In this document: positions 8,668 through 17,157 of the stretch, one piece after another | How the letters are laid out: each line of letters starts with the position of its first letter | Numbering within the stretch: the first letter of the stretch is position 1 | Assembly (NCBI GenBank): GCA_030603345.1 | Contig: JAUVXZ010000002.1 | Span: 1 to 46,859 of the forward strand | Direction: 5' to 3' | Source: Pseudomonadota bacterium | GTDB taxonomy: Bacteria; Desulfobacterota; DSM-4660; Desulfatiglandales; B25-G16 | DNA length: 46,859 nt | Translations under genes and position numbers: made by a program | The notes under the pieces: generated by a model | Seen by the model: only the letters and a program-made list of their open reading frames with translations | Databases searched by the model: none | Told to the model about the DNA's origin: nothing

Positions 8668-9951
8668 ATGGCAAGAATTTATGAATACCAGGGGAAAGAG
8701 ATGCTCGCAAAGGTAGGTATTCCTGTCCCCAAAGGGAGATGTGTAGAAAGTGCTGACGTGGCCAGAAATGCAGCCGATGATATCGGAAAGCCAGTTGTTG
8801 TAAAGGCCCAGGTTTGGGTGACCGGGCGTTTAAAAGCAGGAGGCATCAAATTCGCCAAAACGCCTGAGGAGGCTGAAAAGGCTGCCAAAGAGCTCATTGG
8901 TAGCGAGATTAAGGGGCTGATCGTAGGAAAGGTGCTGATTGAAGAGCAACTTGAGGTTGATAGGGAGCTTTATGTCGGCGTAATCGTGAGTAATTCATTC
9001 AAGGTAAAAGGACCAGTACTGATAGTGAGCAGTGAGGGAGGTGCATCTATTGAAGAGGTTTCTCAGAGAAATCCTGAGAGGATTGCTCGGTTGAATGTTG
9101 ACTACCTACAGGGTGTAGGATCTGAGGAGGCAAACCAATTGCTATCGAATGTATCTTTCAATGGCAGGGACTTGTCTAAAGAGCTAACTCACGAACTGGC
9201 AGAGGTTATTTCCAATGTCTATAAGGCCTTTACCCAATATGACGCCAGGGCTCTGGAAGTCAATCCTTTAGTCTTAACCAAGGACAACCGTATTATTGCC
9301 GCTGATTGCCATCTTACGCTTGATGATAACTCCGTGTTTCGGCATCCCGAGTTGGGCATAAAGGTGCCTCGTGACATGGACAGACCACCGACTGGGTTGG
9401 AACAGAGAGCCTGGATGACCATAGAAGAGGGCGATTATCGAGGAACAGGGTACTTCGCACAGATGGTAGCAAAAATAGAAGGCGACAGCTGGCTTGGGTT
9501 TCATGGCATAGGTGGTGGCGGCGCCATGCTCGGAGCCAGCGCATTTGTGGCACGGGGCTTTAAAATCGCCAACTATGCAGACACCAGTGGAGATCCTCCA
9601 GCCAGCAAAATCTACAGCGTGATTAAATACATCCTGTCACAACCCATTGACGGCTATGTCCTGATGGGGGCCACCCTTGCCAATCAGGAGCAATGGCATC
9701 ATGCTCATGCACTTGTGAAGGCGTTTAAAGAAGAGGCTGAAAACAGGCCAGGATTTCCTGTGATCATGCTGCTTGCAGGGAACAAGGAAGAGGAGGCGCA
9801 CGATATAATAAAGAGCGAATTTAAGGACTTGCCACTACGGTGGGAATTGTACGGCAGAGAGTATATTTACAATACAGATTTCATTGCAGATAGGGTGGAA
9901 GAGTTGGTTAAGGCCTATCAGATGGAGAGGCGCACGGCGCAGAAGGAGTAG
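8668..9951 (+). CDS. NDP-forming acyl-CoA synthetase beta-like (ATP-grasp) subunit; succinyl-CoA synthetase / malate thiokinase / citryl-CoA synthetase superfamily
   Basis: The N-terminus 'MARIYEYQGKEMLAKVGIPVPKG...VVVKAQVWVTGRLKAGGIKF' parallels SucC 'HEYQAK...VVKAQV..GGRGKAGGVK'. ATG at 8668 follows GGAG. At about 427 aa it is longer than a typical SucC. Confidence 0.8.
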   Translation: MARIYEYQGKEMLAKVGIPVPKGRCVESADVARNAADDIGKPVVVKAQVWVTGRLKAGGIKFAKTPEEAEKAAKELIGSEIKGLIVGKVLIEEQLEVDRELYVGVIVSNSFKVKGPVLIVSSEGGASIEEVSQRNPERIARLNVDYLQGVGSEEANQLLSNVSFNGRDLSKELTHELAEVISNVYKAFTQYDARALEVNPLVLTKDNRIIAADCHLTLDDNSVFRHPELGIKVPRDMDRPPTGLEQRAWMTIEEGDYRGTGYFAQMVAKIEGDSWLGFHGIGGGGAMLGASAFVARGFKIANYADTSGDPPASKIYSVIKYILSQPIDGYVLMGATLANQEQWHHAHALVKAFKEEAENRPGFPVIMLLAGNKEEEAHDIIKSEFKDLPLRWELYGREYIYNTDFIADRVEELVKAYQMERRTAQKE

Positions 9952-9958
9952 TGGTGCA

Positions 9959-10249
9959 ATGGCTGCGAATAGACTAGAGCTTGAAACAAGAAAGACTAAG
10001 ATCACTATTGACTACAGCCGGTGTCTTCCCGCAATGGAAAACACGTCAGATCCAGCCTGCAGATTTGCCTGTGTAAAAGCATGTCGATTATATGGCCGAA
10101 ATATCTTAAAAATTGAGGAGAATAGACCCGTGCTGGCAGTCAAGGACCCTGAAGAAATAAAAAGGTTGGATAATGAGTGTATTAGCTGTGAGTACAACTG
10201 CCAGCGGTATGGTGCTGGGTGTATCAGCATTGAAATCCCTTTGCAATAG
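9959..10249 (+). CDS. Small cysteine-rich (8 Cys) ferredoxin-like protein of unknown function
   Basis: About 96 aa from the ATG at 9959, preceded by AGGAG at 9944-9948. It has two Cys groups, 'C..(11)..CRFACVKAC' and 'CISCEYNCQRYGAGC'. It sits exactly between the beta-like and alpha-like ligase subunit genes. Confidence 0.6.
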   Translation: MAANRLELETRKTKITIDYSRCLPAMENTSDPACRFACVKACRLYGRNILKIEENRPVLAVKDPEEIKRLDNECISCEYNCQRYGAGCISIEIPLQ

Positions 10250-10281
10250 CGGAGGTAAGCTCTCGGTAGGAGATAGCTATT

Positions 10282-11187
10282 ATGCCAGTGTTGATTGATG
10301 AAAATACACGAATGCTTATCCAGGGTATTACTGGAAGGTTTGGGCAGGGTGTAGCCAGGCGTATGATAGAGGTGGGTTCCAAGGTAGTTGTTGGGGTTAC
10401 GCCGGGCCGGGGTGGTCAATCTGTTTGGGGCGTAGCGGTTTATGATACCGTGAAAGAAGCATTAGAAGCGGTTGGATCAGTGGATGCAGCTGTTACGGTC
10501 GTACCAGGTCCGGAGGCCAAGGGAGCAGTGATAGAGGCCTTTGAAGCAGGGATAAAAACAGTTCTGATGCGCGTAGAAAGGGTGCCTCTGCATGATTCCC
10601 TTGAGATCATTGCCCATGCCAAGAAACATGGGATAAGACTGATTGGCCCGGGTTCAGCAGGAGTAGTGAGCCCTGGAAAGGCTTCTTTGGGTGGGTTAGG
10701 CGGCTTTATGGGTTCTTCAGATTTGCCGAGAATAGCCTTCAAACCTGGCCGGATAGGTGTCATCTCGCGCAGTGGCGGGCAAACCTCTACCTTGAGCTGG
10801 GCTGTTTGCAGTGCTGGGTTTGGGATTAGCACAGCCGTTCATTTGGGTTCCGAGCCAGTTTTGGGAACAACATTGCCGGAACTGCTTCCTCTGTTTCAAG
10901 AAGATGACCAGACGGATGGAGTAGTGTATTTTGGGGAGATCGGAACCGTTATGGAAGAGGAGGCCACAGAGGTGATTAAAGCCGGAGGTTATACAAAGCC
11001 GTTGGTGGCATACATAGCAGGCAAAGGTCTTCCTTCAGGATTACGGTTTTCTCATGCCAGTGCTATTGTAGAAGGTGGGAAAGGAACAGCAGAAGGGAAG
11101 ATTATGGCATTTAGAGAGGTTGGAGCCCATGTTGTTGACAGACCGGAAGATATCGGGCCTGCTTGCCAAAGGGTTTTCGGAAAATAG
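10282..11187 (+). CDS. NDP-forming acyl-CoA synthetase alpha-like (CoA-binding, phosphohistidine) subunit
   Basis: 'LIQGITGRFG' is a CoA-binding Rossmann-like N-terminus. 'ISRSGGQTSTL' matches SucD 'SRSGTLTYE'. 'SHASAIVEGGKGTAEGK' matches the SucD phosphohistidine loop 'GHAGAI', and the His is retained. Confidence 0.8.
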   Translation: MPVLIDENTRMLIQGITGRFGQGVARRMIEVGSKVVVGVTPGRGGQSVWGVAVYDTVKEALEAVGSVDAAVTVVPGPEAKGAVIEAFEAGIKTVLMRVERVPLHDSLEIIAHAKKHGIRLIGPGSAGVVSPGKASLGGLGGFMGSSDLPRIAFKPGRIGVISRSGGQTSTLSWAVCSAGFGISTAVHLGSEPVLGTTLPELLPLFQEDDQTDGVVYFGEIGTVMEEEATEVIKAGGYTKPLVAYIAGKGLPSGLRFSHASAIVEGGKGTAEGKIMAFREVGAHVVDRPEDIGPACQRVFGK

Positions 11188-11222
11188 CCAGTCGATAGCG
11201 GTTTAGTTGCGGGAGGACTTTG

Positions 11223-12182
11223 ATGGTGAGAATACTGAGATCAATGCTGTATGTTCCGGCAAACAGCTGGCGAATGATCATTACTGCTGTGTCTGAGGGA
11301 GCAGATGCGGTTATCTTAGACTTGGAAGACGGGTGTCCAATGGCTGAAAAGGAGACAGGCAGAGTTTTTGCCAGGGATTCCCTCTCTATGTTAAAGGAGC
11401 AAGGCCTTGAAGTTTATGTCCGGGTAAATTCCCTTGAGACAGGCCTACCGGAGATAGATATCAGCTATGTGGTGACTCAGGGGCTTGACGGCATTATGCT
11501 CGCCAAGACAGAGTCAAAAGAGGACATCATCAGTCTTGATAAGCTTATAGAAAAAGAAGAGCAGAAAAAGGGACTCGAGTTAAACAGTATTACTCTCATT
11601 GCTCTTATTGAAACTCCGAGGGGGATTCTGAACCTACCCCAGATTATTGCTGCTGGCCAACGCATAGAAGCTGTAGCCTTCGGTGCAGGAGATTTCTCGC
11701 GAGAGATGGGCGCTGGGATGGGGGTCACTAAGTTATCGCCTGAGGAGTATTTTCCCATGGTTCTTCATGCACGATCGAGCATCGCCATGGCAGCAAGGGC
11801 AGCAGGCATTCAAGCCATAGATACACCCTTTTTTGGGTTGGTCATAGATCTTGAGGGGCTTGCAAGAGAATCGGAAAAAGCCAAGCTGCTGGGATTTTCA
11901 GGGAAGCAAGTGACTCATCCTCGGCATGTGGCTGTAGTCAATGAGTGTTTTTCACCGGCTAAAGAAGATGTTGATTTTGCTAAACAAGTCGCAGAGGCCT
12001 ATAACGCTGCAAGAGCAAAAGGATTGGGAGCTACAACTTTGGGTGGGAAGATGATCGACTATGGTTCATTCAAGCGGGCAGAGGGTCTTTTGTCATTGGC
12101 TGAGGCGATAGAAAAAAAAGAGAAGAAGAAGTCAGAAGAACAATCACGGGGGAGGTCCGATTTCAGCGACTCCCCGGTGTGA
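11223..12182 (+). CDS. HpcH/HpaI aldolase - citrate lyase beta (CitE)-like acyl-CoA lyase (malyl-/citramalyl-CoA lyase type)
   Basis: 'SMLYVPANSWRM' and 'AVILDLEDG' are typical of the CitE family. The ATG at 11223 is 6 nt after GGAGG. The protein has an unusual Lys/Glu-rich extended C-terminal tail, '...AIEKKEKKKSEEQSRGRSDFSDSPV'. Confidence 0.8.
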   Translation: MVRILRSMLYVPANSWRMIITAVSEGADAVILDLEDGCPMAEKETGRVFARDSLSMLKEQGLEVYVRVNSLETGLPEIDISYVVTQGLDGIMLAKTESKEDIISLDKLIEKEEQKKGLELNSITLIALIETPRGILNLPQIIAAGQRIEAVAFGAGDFSREMGAGMGVTKLSPEEYFPMVLHARSSIAMAARAAGIQAIDTPFFGLVIDLEGLARESEKAKLLGFSGKQVTHPRHVAVVNECFSPAKEDVDFAKQVAEAYNAARAKGLGATTLGGKMIDYGSFKRAEGLLSLAEAIEKKEKKKSEEQSRGRSDFSDSPV

Positions 12183-12413
12183 ATACGCCTAAGGAACAGA
12201 CGTTCATTATCTGCAGGCCAACTGGAAGCCACGCATTTGGGATGGTCGATTGTATGGGCAGTGGGGGGGCAGATGTATACTCACAGTCTGCTCCGGGTCT
12301 TATAGTGCGTGCAATTAGGTTCAAAAGGCAGACCGGATGGTTTTTGATATCGAAGGCAATCCACCCAGCCCTCATAGCGGTCTTTGATTCTTCGGTTTAC
12401 TATGTAGGAATCG

Positions 12414-13151
12414 ATGAGATTGGAAGGAAAAAAAGTGATTGTTACTGGCGCCAATGGAGGTGTGGGACAGGCGATTTCCCGGCTGTTCGAGCAGGAAGGG
12501 GCAGCTGTAGCAATGATTGACCGGGTGACCGCTTCCTGTGAATTGTTGGCCCAGGAAATGAGGCGTAAGAGAAGGAAATCCCTCGTAATCCAAGCAGATT
12601 TGAGCCGGGTCGGAGGCATCAAGGAATTGGTGAAAAAGGTAAAGGAAAATTTCGGGGGGATCGATATCCTTGTGAGCAATGCTGGAGTAGTGGAACGACA
12701 TACCCTTGAAGAGATAAGGCCCAAAGACTGGGACTGTACTTTTAATGTGAACCTCAAGGCTGCGTTTTTTGCCATCCAGGCCGTGGTCCAATACATGAGA
12801 GCCCAGAAGGACGGGAGGATTGTTTGTATTGGATCGAGGGCCAGCAAGGACGGAGGGATGAATGTTGGAATTAGTTATGCCGCATCTAAAGCGGGCCTTG
12901 AGCTCCTGGTAAAGAGACTGTCAAGGGATATGGGGTCTTGGGGAATCCGCATTAATTTGATTCGACCCGGCGCCATTGACACTCCCTTTCTTGATGATTT
13001 AAGTCTGGAACAGAAGGAGGACATACGGAAGGCGATTCCCCTTGGGCGATTGTGTTCACCTTGGGAAGTGGCCCAGGCTGCTCTCTTCTTAGCTTCGGAC
13101 GAATCGAGTTTTATTTCTGGAGCCATACTCGATATCGCTGGAGGTCTTTGA
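12414..13151 (+). CDS. Short-chain dehydrogenase/reductase (FabG-like SDR)
   Basis: 'VTGANGGVGQAI' is the TGxxxGxG motif, 'SNAG' is present, and the catalytic 'YAASKAG' gives YxxxK. 245 aa. Confidence 0.85.
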   Translation: MRLEGKKVIVTGANGGVGQAISRLFEQEGAAVAMIDRVTASCELLAQEMRRKRRKSLVIQADLSRVGGIKELVKKVKENFGGIDILVSNAGVVERHTLEEIRPKDWDCTFNVNLKAAFFAIQAVVQYMRAQKDGRIVCIGSRASKDGGMNVGISYAASKAGLELLVKRLSRDMGSWGIRINLIRPGAIDTPFLDDLSLEQKEDIRKAIPLGRLCSPWEVAQAALFLASDESSFISGAILDIAGGL

Positions 13152-13277
13152 TGCTCACTCTAAAACTGGCAAGCGTGTCGGTAGACTGCAGCGATCAGGC
13201 TGAGTGCTACGGTTAATAAAGGATTAAGGCTGGAGTAAAAGAATCACTGAAAACAGATTTTGTGGAGAAGGTTGGCT

Positions 13278-14429
13278 ATGTTTTTCAATATAGCGCTGTA
13301 TGTTTCGCTGATCATTTTCATCATTGGATTGATTTATAAATTATGGACATGGTTCCACAAAGATGTCGGAATGGGCGAGAAAGAGATTTCAGCCTACAAA
13401 AGGCTTTTCTCTGCTATCAAAGGAATACTGGCGACTGTGTTTAGTGGAAAAATCGTTACCCTTATTAAGGTTTTTGTGCTTGATGTCATCTTGCAATTAC
13501 GAATCCTAAAGGACAGTGAGGACCGCATTCTCTGGATCATGCATATACTTATTTTTGTCGGCTTTATTCTGCTTCTCCTTATGCATGCTTTGGGCAATAT
13601 TGTTACTTCCTATCTTTTCCCTGAGTATCAATCCACGCTGAATCCTTTCTTGTTTCTGCGGAACCTCTTTGGCCTATTCGTTATCGTCGGGTTGCTGCTG
13701 GCTATTGTCCGGAGGGCCTCGCTCAAAAGGGGTCAGTTCAGGACAACTGGTATGGACTATTATGTTATTGTGATCTTAGCCCTAATCGTTATTTCAGGTT
13801 TCCTGCTTGAAGCAGCAAAGATAAGCTCCTATTCCGCCTACCAAAGAATGGTGGAAGACTATGCTTCAGCGACAGAGGACAGTGAAGCTCAAGCTTTAGA
13901 GGCTTTTTGGGTAGTGAACTTTGGAGTCGTGTCTCCCAAAACACAGATGCCTTTTTCAGCTGAAATGCTGGTGCAGGGAAAGGAATTGCACGAGATGAGC
14001 TGTGCCTCCTGCCATTCCAGGCCTCAATCGGCTTTTATTTCTTACGGAGTGAGCAAGGCTATAAAGTCCATTGCTCTAAGAGTGGATAGGGTACGGGTCG
14101 ACACCTTGCTGTGGTATATTCACTTCCTGTCCTGCTTTGTCGGCCTCGCCTATCTCGCTTTTAGCAAAATGTTTCATGTTTTTGCTACACCGGTTAGCCT
14201 TTTGATTAATGCAGTAACAGAAATTGGAAAAGAAAGCCCTGCCAATGTAGCCACAAGACAGATGATCGAACTTGACGGGTGCAGCCATGGCGGGATCTGC
14301 CATATGGAATGTCCTGTCTGGAGAAAAAGACAGGAAAGAATAAACAGGTCGAAACCATTTGGTCCGATGCTGGGCTACGTTAGTGAGAAGGACTGGAAGG
14401 AGCTGGGGAACCGTTTCTATGAGGAGTAG
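13278..14429 (+). CDS. Integral membrane redox subunit, NarI/DsrM-like di-haem cytochrome b type, with an extra CxxCH motif and a C-terminal Cys cluster
   Basis: About 6 predicted TM helices. His pairs occur in helices 'WIMHILIFVGFILLLLMHAL' and 'WYIHFLSCFVGLAYLAFSKMFH'. A soluble insert carries 'CASCH', and the C-terminus carries 'CSHGGICHMECP'. ATG at 13278 follows GGAGAAGG. Confidence 0.6.
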   Translation: MFFNIALYVSLIIFIIGLIYKLWTWFHKDVGMGEKEISAYKRLFSAIKGILATVFSGKIVTLIKVFVLDVILQLRILKDSEDRILWIMHILIFVGFILLLLMHALGNIVTSYLFPEYQSTLNPFLFLRNLFGLFVIVGLLLAIVRRASLKRGQFRTTGMDYYVIVILALIVISGFLLEAAKISSYSAYQRMVEDYASATEDSEAQALEAFWVVNFGVVSPKTQMPFSAEMLVQGKELHEMSCASCHSRPQSAFISYGVSKAIKSIALRVDRVRVDTLLWYIHFLSCFVGLAYLAFSKMFHVFATPVSLLINAVTEIGKESPANVATRQMIELDGCSHGGICHMECPVWRKRQERINRSKPFGPMLGYVSEKDWKELGNRFYEE

Positions 14430-14583
14430 ACTCGGGTCGTTCTAGAAACTTGTTCGAAAAGCGGGGGATGCATTTTGATAAACAATAGAGGGGAATTGAG
14501 TAAGGTTGTTATTGTTTGGGTACCGCAGACTGCTGCGTGCGATAGCACTTACTGGCATATGACAATCTCATCATCCGGGGAGA

Positions 14584-17157
14584 ATGAGGATGATTCAAGA
14601 TAGGCAACACATAAGGAGAGGCAAAGACGTCTGGGTACCCACTGTATGCGCAGGCTGTTACAACTGCTGTGGCGTACGGGTGCATCGGGTGAATGGAAAA
14701 GTCGTGGAAGTTGTCGGCGATCCCAAGGCGTCAAATTCAAAGGGGTATATCTGTGCAAAAGGTATTTGCCGAGCTCTGGACCTTCATCACCCTTCTCGAG
14801 TCGTCAAACCCCTGAAGCGTACAAACCCTGAAAAGGGGATTGGTGTGGACCCCAAGTGGGCGGAGATCTCATGGGAAGAAGCACTGGACACCATTACCGA
14901 GAAACTGGGTAAGGTCAGGGAGGAAGATCCACGCAAACTCATTATCTCTCACTTTGATATATCGGCTTATAAACCCACTATCGCCTTTGCTTTGGCTTAT
15001 GGGACGGTGAACTTTATTTGGAATAGAGCAGACTACTGCGGTTCTGCTTCCCACCCTGTTTGGCTCATCACCAATGGAGCCTTGAATTCCGAAATAGATT
15101 TTGAGTACTGCAAATATTTCATCTTGTGGGGGACCCAGCTAGGTCATGTCGTGAACACGATACCACTTGTCTCGGGTCATGCTCTGGCAGAGCGAAGACG
15201 ACAAGGTGCCAAACTTGTAGTAGTTGACCCGTTTTGCTCGAACGCTGCTGCTAAAGCTGACGAATGGCTACCACTCAAGCCAGGGACGGATGGGGCGCTT
15301 GCTTTGGCCATGTTGAACATAATGGTTTACGAACTGGGAATTTATGACGTGGATTTCCTCAAGCACCAGACAAATGGTCCCTACCTTGTTCAGCCAGATG
15401 GTCACTATTTGAGGGACGAAGAATCAGGCGAGCCCCTTGTCTGGGATCTTAGTGATGGCAGAGCCAAACCTTATGACGCTGATGACCTGAAAGACCCGGC
15501 CATCGAGGGTAATTACGAGGTGGCCGGAGGGAGTTACAGACCTGCCTTTCACGTGCTGAAAGATCACCTTGGTCAGATTGATGTGGACGAGATGTCAAGG
15601 ATCTGTACCATCCCAATCGAGAGAATTAGGAGTATCACCAAAGAGTTCTGTGAAGCAGCGAGAATAGGCAGTACCATCGAAATCGAAGGGCACAAACTCC
15701 CGTTAAGGCCAGCTGGCATTGATTTCAAGAGGGGCGCCGCAGCCCACAAGGGTGGATTTAATACTTGTTTTGCTATTCACTTGATTAATCTTCTTGTTGG
15801 AGCAATTGACGTGCCGGGAGGACAGAGAGGCGTAAACCCGCAGGGGCCCTATTGGAGCGCAGAAACAGGCCCAGATGGGCTCCTCGTGCCCTCTGATGTT
15901 ATTACAAAATACAATAAGCCCTACCCAGGCAGGCAAGCCAAGATTCCAGAGCATCTGGACCTACAGGAGCTTTTCCCGGCGGCTTTGTTTACTCGAGGGT
16001 TATACCCCTGGGGAATCGATAATCCGGAAGTGTTTGGAATTCCTTACAAGCCGGAAGTCATGCTTCACTCCCGTTCAAATCTGATGTTAAACAGCCACAA
16101 CCCTCATGCAATGGCCGAAACTCTGAAGAAGCTTAAGTTCCAGGTCTCCATGGTGATGTTCATTGATGAAACCGCAGAGTTCGCTGACATCATCCTGCCA
16201 GATGCCCATGAATTTGAGAGATGGGATATTTTCCCTGCCAATGATCCTTATGCTTTCATAGCGCCCGGTCCAGGTGAGTGGTATTGGTTGATGAGACAAC
16301 CTGTTGTTGAACCTCCCGAGGGGACTAGACCGTTTCTCGAGGTCTACTTTGAACTCGCCGAGAGGCTGGGCATTTTGGACGAGATGTACCAAATCGGTAA
16401 TGACTCCTGGGTAATAGATGAACAGTACAGATTTGAAAAAGGTAAAGAGTACACCATCAGGGACATAGCGGAAAGGCAAGCTAAGACAATCCTTGGGCCT
16501 GACTTCAGCTGGGACCGGCTTCAGGAGACATCATGCATGGTCAGCCGGAAAAAGACCATTGAGGAGGCCTTCCCGCGGATGTTTTTCAAATCTCGGGTCC
16601 CGATATATCTAGAATACTTGCTCAAACACGGGAAAGATGTAAAGGCGGTTACCGATGAATTGGGTCTTGAGTGGGACTTCACCCCTTACAGCCCGGTGCC
16701 GGTATGGATCCCCTGTGAAGCCCACGCTGATGATGAAGGATACGATCTGATTGTCACGAATGGTAAGGTCCCTACTCATCAGTTTTCTGTCACTACAGAG
16801 AATCTGTGGATAGACGAGATTGCCGTCCGTAATCCCTATACTTACAGCGTCATGATCCACACTTCTGTGGCAGAAAAGAAAGGCTTAGAGACTGGGGATA
16901 AGGTGTGCGTAGAATCGAGGTACGGAAAGGTTACCGGGCGGCTCATGGTTACAGAGCTTATTCACCCTGAATGTATAGGGACGTGTGGCACGTTTGGACA
17001 TTGGGCTAAAGGAATGCCTATTTCACTGAATAAAGGTGTCTCACATAATCAACTCTTGCCGCCACCGAGCTTAAAGAGAATAGATACCTTAACTGGCCAG
17101 ATAGATACGTGTATTAGGGCCAAAATCTATAAAGCAGGGGAAAGAGACGATGCCTAG
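14584..17157 (+). CDS. Molybdopterin (Mo/W-bisPGD, DMSO-reductase superfamily) oxidoreductase catalytic subunit, no Tat signal
   Basis: 857 aa with an N-terminal FS0 motif, 'VCAGCYNCCGV...ICAKG'. The overall layout is COG0243-like. There is no hydrophobic signal after 'RRGKD'. The start could be the second ATG at 14590. Confidence 0.8.
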   Translation: MRMIQDRQHIRRGKDVWVPTVCAGCYNCCGVRVHRVNGKVVEVVGDPKASNSKGYICAKGICRALDLHHPSRVVKPLKRTNPEKGIGVDPKWAEISWEEALDTITEKLGKVREEDPRKLIISHFDISAYKPTIAFALAYGTVNFIWNRADYCGSASHPVWLITNGALNSEIDFEYCKYFILWGTQLGHVVNTIPLVSGHALAERRRQGAKLVVVDPFCSNAAAKADEWLPLKPGTDGALALAMLNIMVYELGIYDVDFLKHQTNGPYLVQPDGHYLRDEESGEPLVWDLSDGRAKPYDADDLKDPAIEGNYEVAGGSYRPAFHVLKDHLGQIDVDEMSRICTIPIERIRSITKEFCEAARIGSTIEIEGHKLPLRPAGIDFKRGAAAHKGGFNTCFAIHLINLLVGAIDVPGGQRGVNPQGPYWSAETGPDGLLVPSDVITKYNKPYPGRQAKIPEHLDLQELFPAALFTRGLYPWGIDNPEVFGIPYKPEVMLHSRSNLMLNSHNPHAMAETLKKLKFQVSMVMFIDETAEFADIILPDAHEFERWDIFPANDPYAFIAPGPGEWYWLMRQPVVEPPEGTRPFLEVYFELAERLGILDEMYQIGNDSWVIDEQYRFEKGKEYTIRDIAERQAKTILGPDFSWDRLQETSCMVSRKKTIEEAFPRMFFKSRVPIYLEYLLKHGKDVKAVTDELGLEWDFTPYSPVPVWIPCEAHADDEGYDLIVTNGKVPTHQFSVTTENLWIDEIAVRNPYTYSVMIHTSVAEKKGLETGDKVCVESRYGKVTGRLMVTELIHPECIGTCGTFGHWAKGMPISLNKGVSHNQLLPPPSLKRIDTLTGQIDTCIRAKIYKAGERDDA

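Noticed and set aside
12179-12520. A 113-aa plus-strand ORF, and the overlapping minus-strand ORFs 12163-12375 and 12281-12847, in the gap between the CitE-like and SDR genes.
   Set aside because: They have no SD sites and odd composition. They overlap the well-supported SDR gene or each other, and no family resemblance is visible. I treat 12183-12413 as non-coding, possibly junction DNA from the rearrangement described for the citE relic.
14584-14650. 'RR' in 'QHIRRGKDVWVPTVC' as a potential twin-arginine export signal for the Mo/W enzyme.
   Set aside because: There is no S/T-R-R-x-F-L-K context, no hydrophobic h-region and no cleavage site. The FS0 cysteine motif begins 9 residues later. 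I interpret the enzyme as cytoplasmic.
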